The notes under the pieces were generated by a model. That model had not been told where the DNA came from. It did no database searches and saw only the letters and a list, made by a program, of their open reading frames with translations. From NCBI GenBank assembly GCA_021811565.1, contig JAJZOL010000147.1, positions 1-61,714 on the forward strand: a DNA stretch of 61,714 nt, written 5' to 3'. Source of the stretch: a bacterium. GTDB taxonomy: Bacteria > Armatimonadota > Chthonomonadetes > Chthonomonadales > CAJBBX01. Shown piece by piece: positions 47,370 to 59,011 of this stretch. Both the position numbers and the translations under genes were made by a program. The first letter of the stretch is position 1. Every line of letters begins with the position of its first letter.

Positions 47370-47528
47370 ATATGAGTGTACCAAACAACAAATCAATGTT
47401 GAATGGAATTGCAAAATCAGCGGAATCGGCGCTTGATAAGCCTTAAGACAGGCTTCGTTTCCGTTCAGGATTTTTGCTTTCGCAAACATCCGATGGAGAT
47501 AATCCGAAATCATGAAACCAGCCCCTAA

Positions 47529-49649
<2,121 letters not shown>

Positions 49650-49773
49650 ATTTTCGCGAATATTCCGATAATTATCGCTCCCGTTTTTGCGGTAATATAG
49701 GAAAACACCAATAAAGTCCAGTCATGTTTAACGAATACGTTTTATCGCAGTTTTAATCGTATCGGAGCAATTC

Positions 49774-50595
49774 TTGATATTCACACGCAGAATCGCGAGA
49801 GAGTTGGCCCTTAAAGCCCTGTTTCAAAAGGATGTCGGCAAGCAGCCGCTTGAAGAGATATTTCCTGGCATTATGGAGCAAATACGCTTCATCGTGATGG
49901 AACCCATTCAACAGATATCGATGCGCGATCAAAATATCATACACGACCAATCTCGGAGTAAAACCGATAATCCGGAGATATCCCCTAAAACTCGCAGATT
50001 GATACGTCAATCCGCGACAATGATGATCAAGAGCATGCAGCAACTCAGATCTCAAACGGAGTCGATCATCGCTCGAATGGTGGATGTCCATCCCGCCATA
50101 ACCCAAGCGCAGGGACGAGAGGAGCTTAAAACCCACATTGAAGATGCCAAAGTCCGAATCACGAAACTCACTCAAAAGAATACTCCGTTCGCCGACATTT
50201 TAATCGAATCCGCTGAACAAGCATATCATGCCACACAGCACCTTCTGGCTGCGTTCGATAAACATGCGGAGGACGCTATTCAAATTGCGGAATTCACGCG
50301 GGAACTGGTGTTTGGAACAAGAAAAATGCGGCGGGAGATCGACCATATTTTATCGATGAACGCGACCGGCTGGACACTGGCTCGACAAGCCGCCGTTGAT
50401 AGAAATATACTCCGTATCGCAGCCTATGAAATCCTATACATGAAGGATATCCCAATCGCCGCTACGATTAACGAAGCGATTGAACTGGCGAAGAAATACA
50501 GCACGGAGGAATCCGGTCGATTTGTCAACGGAGTTTTGGGTGCTCTCGGGCCTCGGCTTCTCGACGACGCTAATGAATCGTTGCCTAAGGTCTGA
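49774..50595 (+). CDS. nusB: Transcription antitermination factor NusB with a large internal insertion
   Basis: RRIARELALKALFQ; W.L.R.A.VDRNILR.A.YE, INEAIELAKKYST.ES.RFVNGVLG. Confidence 0.88.
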   Translation: MIFTRRIARELALKALFQKDVGKQPLEEIFPGIMEQIRFIVMEPIQQISMRDQNIIHDQSRSKTDNPEISPKTRRLIRQSATMMIKSMQQLRSQTESIIARMVDVHPAITQAQGREELKTHIEDAKVRITKLTQKNTPFADILIESAEQAYHATQHLLAAFDKHAEDAIQIAEFTRELVFGTRKMRREIDHILSMNATGWTLARQAAVDRNILRIAAYEILYMKDIPIAATINEAIELAKKYSTEESGRFVNGVLGALGPRLLDDANESLPKV

Positions 50596-50672
50596 AGCCG
50601 TATTCACCTCAAACTCGACCATAACATGATGATACCGAGCGAAAAAATCACCGTATCGCGGGATAATATTCC

Positions 50673-51761
50673 ATGTTAGGTTCCTTGTTATTTAAAAATC
50701 TGGCGAAATGGTTGATGTCACTTGGAGAGGAGGAGCACCCGCAAGCGGGTTTGCTGGAATCATCTCCGTCCGCGGAAGCACCCATCGCCCCCACAATTCC
50801 TCCTACGGACTTTCACCACCCTAAAGTCAGCCGAGCCTCTATGGGATGCAATTTTGATATCTATCTTGCAGGATCGGATTATGACAACCTAACCGGTGCA
50901 GCCGAACAGGCTCTAGATGAAATCACACGACTTGAAAATCGCCTCAGTAGTTTTATTGAGGATAGCGACGTAACCAGAATAAACGCCTACGCCTCCAAGG
51001 GCTGGGTTCGCTTGGAGCCAAGATTATATCACCTAATACGTTATGCGTCGGATATCTCAGGAAAAACCAATGGGGCGTTTGATATCACCTGCGCGCCACT
51101 GGTGCGTTTATGGGGCTTCTATACAAAAACCGACACGCCTCCGGATAAGCAGGCGATACTAAACGCGCTGGAATCTGTCGGGTTCGACCATATTCTTTTC
51201 GATGACGAAGAAAGTATGATCTCGTTCGCCCGCGAAGGAATGGAAATCGACCTCGGCGCGATCGGCAAGGGATACGCAATCGATGAGGCTGTGGATACTC
51301 TGCGCCGATATGGTGTGGAACACGCCGTGATAAGCGGCGGCGATAGCACGATTTACGCTTTAGGTTCCACTGAAACAGGGGAGCCGTGGCGCTTCCATGT
51401 TACCGATCCCTTTCACCCCGAAACGAAATTGTGCGCGGTGAATCTTAGGAATGAGGCATTATCCACATCCGCGATCACAGAGCAGTTTTTTATTCATGAC
51501 GGCAAGCGTTACGGGCACATCCTTGATCCGCGCACCGGTTATCCTTCCGACACCGACATCCTTAGCTCCACAGTAATCTGCGCATCGGGGATGGAAAGCG
51601 ACGCTTACTCCACCGCCATATTCCTCATGGGAGTGGAGAAAGCGAGGATATTCTGTTCGACACTTAAAGGCATGAGGGTGGTTTTAACTTTCATTGATAA
51701 CGATAAAACGGCGTTTGTGAAGTTGGGAGATTGGGATAACACCGATATCCCCGTCGAATAG
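50673..51761 (+). CDS. apbE: FAD:protein FMN transferase ApbE
   Basis: SMG, S.F..DSDVTRIN, GAFDIT..PL..LWGF, DLGAIGKGYAID, HILDPRTGYP, DAYSTA. Confidence 0.9.
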   Translation: MLGSLLFKNLAKWLMSLGEEEHPQAGLLESSPSAEAPIAPTIPPTDFHHPKVSRASMGCNFDIYLAGSDYDNLTGAAEQALDEITRLENRLSSFIEDSDVTRINAYASKGWVRLEPRLYHLIRYASDISGKTNGAFDITCAPLVRLWGFYTKTDTPPDKQAILNALESVGFDHILFDDEESMISFAREGMEIDLGAIGKGYAIDEAVDTLRRYGVEHAVISGGDSTIYALGSTETGEPWRFHVTDPFHPETKLCAVNLRNEALSTSAITEQFFIHDGKRYGHILDPRTGYPSDTDILSSTVICASGMESDAYSTAIFLMGVEKARIFCSTLKGMRVVLTFIDNDKTAFVKLGDWDNTDIPVE

Positions 51762-51827
51762 TCTTATAAGGTTGGAATTGTAACAGTCGGCCCGAATCAT
51801 ACACTCACAAAAAGCGAGGATCACGGA

Positions 51828-53138
51828 ATGAAGAGGACTATTTCCTTTCAATCAACTGACATGAGTCGCAGGGAGTTCATCCAAGGCACCGCTGCGATCG
51901 CATCCGCATTCGGTTTGGGTCTTAGCCAGATCGCTCAGGCGCAGGACGCCAGCCCTGCTGCATCGGGGGACGTGCGCCCTGTGAATGTCGCATTCATTGG
52001 AGTGGGAGCGCAGGGTTTTGGTGTGGATTTCAAGCGCGCCATGAATGTGCCGGGGGTTCGAATGGTGGCTATTTGCGACGTATACGAACCTAACCTGAAT
52101 CGCGCCCTGAAGGATGCACCGAACGCAACAGGTTACAAGGATTACCGCCAGGTAATGGACCGCAAGGATGTCGAAGCGGTGTTGATAGCCACTCCAATCA
52201 TCTGGCATGCCCCAATCGCCATCGCGGCTTTGGAATCCGGCAAACATGTGTTCAGTGAAAAAATGATGGCGTACACCATTGAAGAGGCGCGTAACATGGC
52301 GCGCGCGGCCATAAAAAACAATCGAATACTCCAGATCGGCCATCAGCGCAAATCCAGCATCCTATATAATCACGGATGGGATCTTATCAGAAATAAAAAG
52401 ATATGCGGCATTGTAACTCATATCCGAGCCCAATGGAACCGCAACAGCAGTTGGAGACGTCCGGTCCCACCAGATACGACGGATAAGTTTTGGAACTGGA
52501 GGCTGTACAAAGAGACCTCTCAAGGGCTATTGGCGGAACTCGGCTCCCATCAAATCCAAGTTGTGAACTGGTACTTGGAATCGCGCCCGACCTCGGTGGT
52601 TGGATTGGGAGGCATTGATTATTGGAAGGATGGAAGAACTGTCAATGACAATGTGGAGGTTCTCTACGAATACCCGAACGGAATCAAATTGAACTACACC
52701 TCCTTAACCACCAATCAATTTGACGGTTACGCGGAACAATTCATGGGCAAGGATGGCACCCTTATCGTCTCGGAAGGCACGGGCGGACAGTTTTATCGCG
52801 AACCGAACGCACCCCTGTTGGATTGGATGAAACATCCGGTGGGAGGCAAATTAACAGGCGAACATAAGGAACCGGGATTGCTTCTTGATCCCTCAGCCAC
52901 GAAAAAACTGAACAAATCCGGCGTCAAGGTTGGGGAGATGACTATCGAAGGGGATGTGCGAGGCAAGGATGACTACCAATTGGAGATGGATAACTTCTTC
53001 AACAGCATCCGCACCGGGGCGCCCGTGGCGTGCACCGCGATGGACGGTTTCGAGGCTGCAGTGGCGGTAATTAAGGCGAATGAAGCCATAGCCAAAAAGT
53101 CCAGGGTGGTCATACACGACTCCGATTACAGCATCTGA
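51828..53138 (+). CDS. Tat-exported Gfo/Idh/MocA family oxidoreductase
   Basis: SRREFI Tat motif, IGVGAQG Rossmann motif, IATP..WH, GKHVFSEK, NWRLY, ELGSHQ. Confidence 0.9.
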   Translation: MKRTISFQSTDMSRREFIQGTAAIASAFGLGLSQIAQAQDASPAASGDVRPVNVAFIGVGAQGFGVDFKRAMNVPGVRMVAICDVYEPNLNRALKDAPNATGYKDYRQVMDRKDVEAVLIATPIIWHAPIAIAALESGKHVFSEKMMAYTIEEARNMARAAIKNNRILQIGHQRKSSILYNHGWDLIRNKKICGIVTHIRAQWNRNSSWRRPVPPDTTDKFWNWRLYKETSQGLLAELGSHQIQVVNWYLESRPTSVVGLGGIDYWKDGRTVNDNVEVLYEYPNGIKLNYTSLTTNQFDGYAEQFMGKDGTLIVSEGTGGQFYREPNAPLLDWMKHPVGGKLTGEHKEPGLLLDPSATKKLNKSGVKVGEMTIEGDVRGKDDYQLEMDNFFNSIRTGAPVACTAMDGFEAAVAVIKANEAIAKKSRVVIHDSDYSI

Positions 53139-53156
53139 CTAACCCCTTTCTCAATC

Positions 53157-53245
53157 GAGACGGCTGCGAATTCGCAAATCCGGACACGACATCGCTCATT
53201 TCAAGCTTCGCCATTCGCTCGGATGATGGATTTTGCAGTCGCCTC
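53157..53245. mobile_element. Diverged MITE-like element, copy C (89 bp)
   Basis: Ends GAGACGGCTGCGAATTC ... GATTTTGCAGTCGCCTC. Its reverse complement shares TGCAAAAT and the internal TGAAA.GAGC core with copy A at the same ungapped offsets. Confidence 0.5.
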
Positions 53246-53304
53246 AAATGCTGAAAGAGGAATGGGAATATTAGAAAAATCTCATTTCAGTGATGCATTT
53301 TTTT

Positions 53305-53330
53305 GGAAACTCCATCATTTCCCATCCGTA
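53305..53330 (+). promoter_or_regulatory. ECF-type promoter
   Basis: GGAAAC-N16-CGTA. Confidence 0.55.
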
Positions 53331-53460
53331 TTAGACAGTAGAAACGAAGTTGCTTCAATATTTTTTCCGTAATCATCATCAAGATTGAGCGAAGATGACT
53401 ATGCTTTGGGAAGGTTATATTGACAACTATCAAATTCGAACGATTTTGCCGAAAATAAAA

Positions 53461-53486
53461 TGTAACGAAACCATTCCCGTTTCGTC
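53461..53486 (+). promoter_or_regulatory. ECF-type promoter
   Basis: TGTAAC-N16-CGTC, about 65 bp upstream of the STN gene. Confidence 0.6.
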
Positions 53487-53549
53487 TATATAATCAAACA
53501 TACTGGAGAATAACCCTATAAAACAATAGCTATTGTCGTATGATGGAGG

Positions 53550-54377
53550 TTGATTACCATGAAACTGGTCGCGGCTCGAAAATTTTTGGCATTCCTTTCC
53601 ATGATGTTTTTGGCAACGGTTTTGCTAATGCCGAACATCGCACGAGCGCAGGATACTGGTTCTGGTGGATCGCAGGATATCTCAAACAAGAAAGTTACCC
53701 TCAATCTGCAGAACGCGGACATTCACTCCGCCCTTACGCTCCTCTTCAACACTGTTGGCGCAAACTTCTCCATTGCTAGTGACGTGAGAGGCTTCGTCAC
53801 CGTTTCACTTAATGATGTTCCTTTCCAAACCGCTTTGGAGAGCATCTTACGAGCATCTAGCATGATGCCCTTAACCTATCGCATTGAAAACGGGGTGTAC
53901 ACCATATCTCCCAAGCAGGAGGATAATACCAACACATATGCTCCTACCCAGCAAGATAATACGAGTACATCCTCATCAACAACCACTCCATCGCTGCCTA
54001 AACGGTTCACCAAAATCCCGGTGAACTTCGCGGATGCGGGTGAAATAGCCTTGCTCTTGGGTGGAACACCAATCATCTCATACTATTACAATACAGCGGG
54101 CATGCTTGGAATGAATAGCATGGGAGGCGGATATGGCAACGGCTTCGGCGGCGGAGGCTTCGGAGGCTATGGTGGCGGCTATGGCGGTGGTTATGGCGGC
54201 GGCTATGGCAACTCATTCGGAGGAGGCTTCGGCGGAGGTTACGGCGGAGGGTTTGGTAACAGCTTCGGCGGAGGCTTCGGGGGCATCGGAGGTGGTCTCG
54301 GTAACTCATACGGCGGAGGATATGGCGGATACAATAACTACGGCGGCTACAATAGCGGCGGATACCGAGGATATTAA
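53550..54377 (+). CDS. Secreted STN-domain (secretin/TonB N-terminal) protein with Gly/Tyr/Phe-rich tail
   Basis: Signal peptide; VTLNLQNADIHSAL..LF...G.NF.I...V.G.VT.SL.DVPF..AL..IL...YRIENGVY; tail of GGGY/GGGF repeats. Start is TTG 53550 or ATG 53559. Confidence 0.8.
   Translation: MITMKLVAARKFLAFLSMMFLATVLLMPNIARAQDTGSGGSQDISNKKVTLNLQNADIHSALTLLFNTVGANFSIASDVRGFVTVSLNDVPFQTALESILRASSMMPLTYRIENGVYTISPKQEDNTNTYAPTQQDNTSTSSSTTTPSLPKRFTKIPVNFADAGEIALLLGGTPIISYYYNTAGMLGMNSMGGGYGNGFGGGGFGGYGGGYGGGYGGGYGNSFGGGFGGGYGGGFGNSFGGGFGGIGGGLGNSYGGGYGGYNNYGGYNSGGYRGY
54120..54374 (+). repeat. Low-complexity GGGY/GGGF coding repeat
   Basis: Imperfect tandem GGCGGAGGCTTC / GGCGGCTAT units. Confidence 0.8.
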
Positions 54378-54416
54378 TAACTCCAGCCTACACATCCATC
54401 CCGAAGATACATGAGT

Positions 54417-54447
54417 AAGAGGGGCGTTTTCTATCGCCCCTCTTTTT
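54417..54447 (+). terminator. Intrinsic terminator
   Basis: AAGAGGGGCG-loop8-CGCCCCTCTT followed by Ts, between convergent genes. Confidence 0.85.
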
Positions 54448-55396
54448 ATATCAACGCAATCGCCGCCAGATCCTGCGCCCTATCGCCCAATGCAGCCGGT
54501 ACCACCTCGCAAACGTAAAGCGACCGCGCCCAAGTGTATTCTTTCAATGTGTTGCGAATGGGGTTCAGGATAAGGTCTCCCGCATGGACGGCGATAGTGC
54601 CCAAAACTATTTTCTCGGGATTCAATATCTGTATCAGGTTTGATAACCCAACTCCCATGTAAAATCCAGCCTCCTCCAATATCCTGATGGAGAACGCATC
54701 CCCTTCCTTGGCGCATTCCACTACATGCTTGGCGGTGATGTTGGCTGGTTTCCCGCCTGCTTTTGCCACAAGTTGCTTGCCTCGTCCGTAATGCAGACTG
54801 TCCTGAGCCAAACGCGCAATCGCAGGCCCGGAACTCAGCGCCTCCAAGCACCCCTTCTTGCCGCATTTACAAACCGGACCGTTCAGAAGAATCGTTTGAT
54901 GCCCCGCCTCGCCAGCAAGATCATTCGTGCCATGATACAGCCTGCCATCAAGTATCATCCCGCACCCGATGCCCGTGCCCATCGTTAGATACAACATATT
55001 CACAGTGCCCCTGCCAGCCCCGAATTTCCACTCAGCCAGCGCAGTGGCGTTGGCGTCGTTCTCGAGCGCTACTTTGATATCCGGAAACTCTCTCCTTAGA
55101 ATGTCGCCTGCGGGAACTTCGACCCATAGGGGAAGGTTCGGGGGAGAAAGAATCATGCCAGTGGCGCTGTCAAGGGGACCTCCGCATGAAACTCCCAATC
55201 CCTTCAACGACTGTATTGGCACATTCCTATCCCGTAAAATGCTTTTTGCGTGCTCGCAAAGCCTTCCAAGGACACTTTCAGGCTGTTCCCCAGGGTCGGT
55301 TTCTATCTCTCGTCTATCGAACACGTCCCCTTCGGAAGAACCCAGGCACGCGGCGCACTTTGTGCCTCCAATATCCAAGCCGACGATGTATGACAT
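54446..55396 (-). CDS. ROK family sugar kinase (glucokinase-like)
   Basis: GLDIGGTK, ENDANA..LAE, GTGIG.G, GEAGH, CKCGKKGCLEA. Confidence 0.92.
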   Translation of the reverse strand: MSYIVGLDIGGTKCAACLGSSEGDVFDRREIETDPGEQPESVLGRLCEHAKSILRDRNVPIQSLKGLGVSCGGPLDSATGMILSPPNLPLWVEVPAGDILRREFPDIKVALENDANATALAEWKFGAGRGTVNMLYLTMGTGIGCGMILDGRLYHGTNDLAGEAGHQTILLNGPVCKCGKKGCLEALSSGPAIARLAQDSLHYGRGKQLVAKAGGKPANITAKHVVECAKEGDAFSIRILEEAGFYMGVGLSNLIQILNPEKIVLGTIAVHAGDLILNPIRNTLKEYTWARSLYVCEVVPAALGDRAQDLAAIALI

Positions 55397-55475
55397 GCAT
55401 TCACTCCTAAAAAGAGGTTCATGCCTATTATGTTACCCAAAGAAGCCGAGGATGCATAAAAAACCTGATCTTCAG

Positions 55476-55502
55476 TGAAACCGAAACCCCAGGAATCACG
55501 TT
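55476..55502 (+). promoter_or_regulatory. Candidate ECF (SigW-like) promoter for the NfeD-flotillin operon
   Basis: TGAAAC-N17-CGTT. Confidence 0.4.
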
Positions 55503-55739
55503 AATCAATTCAGGGAAATGAAACTGCCCCCTCGCCTTTGGATCGCGGTATCATAGGTGTGGAATTATGGCAATGAAACGATTAAAGTGCAATCAACGCC
55601 AGTGAAATAATATATGATTTATCATGAAAATAGGCGTACAATATACTCAGGCAATGGCGGTTTTGCAATCATTGAGGATGGGAACATAGGCTTCCTTTTA
55701 CTTTCGCCCTCTCTTAAACTGTAACTGGATGGTGGGCAA

Positions 55740-56444
55740 ATGAATGGATTTGTAATAATATATTTGGCTTGCTTCGCCTTGGGTATCACCTATGCGGTTA
55801 TCTCATTCCTTATTGGCGGATTATCTCACTCGGCACATGTACATCATCTTGGAGGGCATATCGCTCATCCTGTAGATGGTCATGTTCATACGGTGGGCGG
55901 AAACGCCTCTGAAGGAGCGCATTCAGGGCATATCCACATTGGACACACTCATTTAGGGCATCAGGATATCGTTCACACTGCGGAGCATAATGCTTCGCAA
56001 AACGGAAATGGCTCGAATGACGAACAGACCACACATCTGAATATTTTGCATTATATCGACCCCATGTCCGTTTCGGGGTTTCTTATCGGTTTTGGCGGGG
56101 CGGGATTATTATCTCAAGCGGTTCATGCAGCGATGATATATGGCTTGCTCACCGCGATAGCCGCCGGAGGAGCGATGTGGACCGGTGCATGGCTTTTGAT
56201 CAATCGAGTTTTCGGGGCGGCGAGCACCTCCAGTCATAACGTCTTGGAGGATTTGATAGGTCTTAAGGCGCAGGTGACCGCTCCGATCTCCCAGGATCAT
56301 CCGGGAATGATTTGCTATGTGGTTGCCGGATCCAGGCAAACGATTCGCGCGATAAACGAAGAGGAGGGAGTTATTCCCCCCGGTGTGGATGTCAGGATTC
56401 ATCGGCTGGATAACAACATCGCTCGTGTGATGAGGATCCATTAA
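55740..56444 (+). CDS. NfeD-like (YuaF-type) membrane protein with His-rich loop
   Basis: TM, His-rich loop, FLIGFGGAG TM pair, C-terminal OB fold LIG..A.VT.PI...G.I...I..G..V.I; lies next to flotillin. Confidence 0.8.
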   Translation: MNGFVIIYLACFALGITYAVISFLIGGLSHSAHVHHLGGHIAHPVDGHVHTVGGNASEGAHSGHIHIGHTHLGHQDIVHTAEHNASQNGNGSNDEQTTHLNILHYIDPMSVSGFLIGFGGAGLLSQAVHAAMIYGLLTAIAAGGAMWTGAWLLINRVFGAASTSSHNVLEDLIGLKAQVTAPISQDHPGMICYVVAGSRQTIRAINEEEGVIPPGVDVRIHRLDNNIARVMRIH

Positions 56445-56569
56445 GTAAACCATGCGAAACTGAATAGCGTACCGGCAAAAGATATTTCCATAGGCGCACG
56501 AAGTCCGCACTCACCTTATTAGTTGCGGAAGAAAATCCCAAAGTCAGTTGAAGAAAGGAAGGTGTTTTC

Positions 56570-58165
56570 ATGCCAGATATGAACGTCATCACCATGACAT
56601 TCGTAATTGTTGTCGCGGTTGTAGTTTTCTTCCTGATTCTCATTTCCATCTATCGATCGCTCTACAGGAAAGTTGGACCTAATGAAGTGCTTGTGATCTC
56701 CGGCGGAAAAGGAGAGGTGGTCACCGATGCGAACGGTGAAAAACATCGAATTGGGTTCCGAATCGTGAAGGGCGGGGGCTCCTTGGTGAACCCTCTCACG
56801 GAACGAGTGGAAATAATGTCCTTGGAATTGATCACTTTGGACCTCGTAACTCCTGAGTTTTTAACGAAGATGGGAGTCCCTATCAAGGTGGATGGCGTAG
56901 CCCAGATCAAAGTGAAAGGCGATGACATATCGATTCGAACGGCGGCGGAGCAATTTTTAAACAAGAGCCGCGACGAAATCAAGAACATCGCATATGAAAC
57001 GGTGGCGGGGCACCTTCGCGCCATCCTCGGAACTTTGACGGTGGAAGAGGTCTACGCTTCCCACGAAACTTTCGCCCAAAAAGTGGCGGAGGTTTCAGCA
57101 GGCGATCTTTCCAATATGGGGCTGGAGATCATCTCCTTCACCATCAGGGAAATCACGGATAGCCGCGGTTATCTGGAGGCGATAGGAAAGACTCGAATCG
57201 CCCAGGTGAAGCGTGATGCTCAGATCGGAGAGGCGGAGGCTAATCGCGACGCCACCATTCGCGCCGCACAAGCAAATCAGGAAGCCTCAATAGCCAAATT
57301 CATGGCGGACACCAAAATTGCAGAAGCCGATAGAGATTACAAACTTAAGCTCCAGGACTACAATGGATCCGTCAATCAGAAAAAAGCCGAAGCCGATTTG
57401 GCCTATGATCTGCAACGATACAAAACCGAACAGTCGGTCAAGGAGCAGTCCGTTCAGGTTCAGATCGTGGAAAAGATCAAGCAGGCTGAACTCGAGGAGA
57501 AAGAGATCGCCCGAAAGGAAAAGGAACTGATCGCAACCGTGCAACGCCCAGCTGAAGCGGAGCGAAATCGCATCCAAACCATCGCCGAGGCGGAACAATT
57601 CCGTCTGAAGGTTACGGCGCAAGGACAAGCGGAAGCCGCAAAAACCACCGGTTTCGCTCAAGCAGACGTCGTCCAACGCACCGGTGAAGCGGAGGCGGAG
57701 GCGAACAAGGTGAAGGGACTTGCGGATGCCGAAGTCGCTCGAGCACGTGCGATCGCCGAAGCGGATGGAATCGCCGCGAAAGGCAAGGCGATGGGAGAAT
57801 CCATTGAGGCTCAGGGACTTGCGGAGGCAACGGCCATGTCGCGGAGAGCGGAAGCGTTCCGTACCTATAACGAAGCCGCCGTCGCGCAGATGTTCATCGA
57901 AAAGCTCCCGGATATCGCTCAGGCGGTGTCCGCTCCGCTCGCAAAAGTGGATCGTATTGTCATGATTAACAGCGGAGGAACGGATGGAATCGGGGCGAGC
58001 AAGTTGACAGGCGAGGTGACAAAAATGATCACTCAGATACCTCCCATCATGGAAGCGATGACGGGAATAAAGCTGGAGGATCTTATGAAGAACATCCCTG
58101 GCTTAAGTCAAAAAACCAATGCGACGCCAAGCGAAACCATTGAGAAGATAGAGACGAAAGCGTAG
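56570..58165 (+). CDS. Flotillin (SPFH domain, FloT/YuaG-like)
   Basis: YRKVGPNEVLVISG, VDGVAQIKV, AAEQFL.K, GHLRAILGTLTVEE, AEA-rich coiled coil. Confidence 0.93.
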   Translation: MPDMNVITMTFVIVVAVVVFFLILISIYRSLYRKVGPNEVLVISGGKGEVVTDANGEKHRIGFRIVKGGGSLVNPLTERVEIMSLELITLDLVTPEFLTKMGVPIKVDGVAQIKVKGDDISIRTAAEQFLNKSRDEIKNIAYETVAGHLRAILGTLTVEEVYASHETFAQKVAEVSAGDLSNMGLEIISFTIREITDSRGYLEAIGKTRIAQVKRDAQIGEAEANRDATIRAAQANQEASIAKFMADTKIAEADRDYKLKLQDYNGSVNQKKAEADLAYDLQRYKTEQSVKEQSVQVQIVEKIKQAELEEKEIARKEKELIATVQRPAEAERNRIQTIAEAEQFRLKVTAQGQAEAAKTTGFAQADVVQRTGEAEAEANKVKGLADAEVARARAIAEADGIAAKGKAMGESIEAQGLAEATAMSRRAEAFRTYNEAAVAQMFIEKLPDIAQAVSAPLAKVDRIVMINSGGTDGIGASKLTGEVTKMITQIPPIMEAMTGIKLEDLMKNIPGLSQKTNATPSETIEKIETKA

Positions 58166-58173
58166 AAATGAGG

Positions 58174-58220
58174 CAAAGTCCTCCGTAAAATGGCTTTATT
58201 ACGGAGGACTTTGTATTTTT
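58174..58220. terminator. Intrinsic terminator, probably bidirectional
   Basis: Perfect 15-bp stem CAAAGTCCTCCGTAA / TTACGGAGGACTTTG followed by a T-rich tail. Confidence 0.9.
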
Positions 58221-58962
58221 ATATTCCGGATTCGCGAAGATATCTTCTGCTAACGGCAAGATCCTCGTAAGGGTTTCTCAGATGAGTGTCCTGTTCCACA
58301 AAAATCCAGCCATTGTAGCCAGCGCTCTTAAGCACATTCAAAACTGCGTGATTATCCAGCCCGATGTTTCCCGCGCCTAATTCGCAAAATCTACCCTTGC
58401 GATGCCACTCCTTTATCGTATCATCCGGCTCATAGGCGAACCAATCCTTCACGTGAACCGCGATAATGCGCTGGACGTACTTTTTCGCCGTTCCTACAGG
58501 GTCTCCCCCCGCAGCGGCGAGATGAGCGGTATCCAACAAAAGCCCGCAATCTGGGCAAGCGGCCATGAAATGATCTAATTGCTCCTGAGTTTCCACCACC
58601 GTTCCCAAATGGTTGTGCAACACCGTGCGAACATTCATTTTAGCCGTCGCCTGGCACTGAAAGTTCACTTGCCTGCAAAAAGCGTCCATATCCCGCGCAC
58701 TTGCCGCAGTCCAGATGTACTCTTTGCGGAATCCCGCCGTCCATTGCAAGGATGAACCGAAGCTCGTAGCTCGAACCGTACCGAAATCCATGCCCAATCG
58801 TGTGAAGATGGCTGCACGCTCGAGAGCTTGAGAGGGACTGTCCGCCTCAAGGCGTTCGATGCCGTCATATCCAATCTCCCTAAGCTTTAGCAGACGATCC
58901 TCCAAATCGAATAGCCCGCCTTCGTATACATTCAGTCCGAAATCCGCCACACCGATTTTCAT
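58219..58962 (-). CDS. Sugar phosphate isomerase/epimerase (xylose-isomerase-like TIM barrel, IolE-like)
   Basis: GYDGIE, LHNH.GT.VET, LDTAH, HVKD, ELG.G, GYNGWIFVEQD. Start at ATG 58962 after AGGAGG. Confidence 0.85.
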   Translation of the reverse strand: MKIGVADFGLNVYEGGLFDLEDRLLKLREIGYDGIERLEADSPSQALERAAIFTRLGMDFGTVRATSFGSSLQWTAGFRKEYIWTAASARDMDAFCRQVNFQCQATAKMNVRTVLHNHLGTVVETQEQLDHFMAACPDCGLLLDTAHLAAAGGDPVGTAKKYVQRIIAVHVKDWFAYEPDDTIKEWHRKGRFCELGAGNIGLDNHAVLNVLKSAGYNGWIFVEQDTHLRNPYEDLAVSRRYLRESGI

Positions 58963-59011
58963 ATCATCCTCCTTCTTCATATGCTCGGCGGAAGAGAGGG
59001 TTCCTCCGGCG

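Noticed and set aside
54120-54374. CRISPR-like or non-coding tandem repeat
   Set aside because: The repeats are in-frame Gly-rich codons with no repeat-spacer structure.
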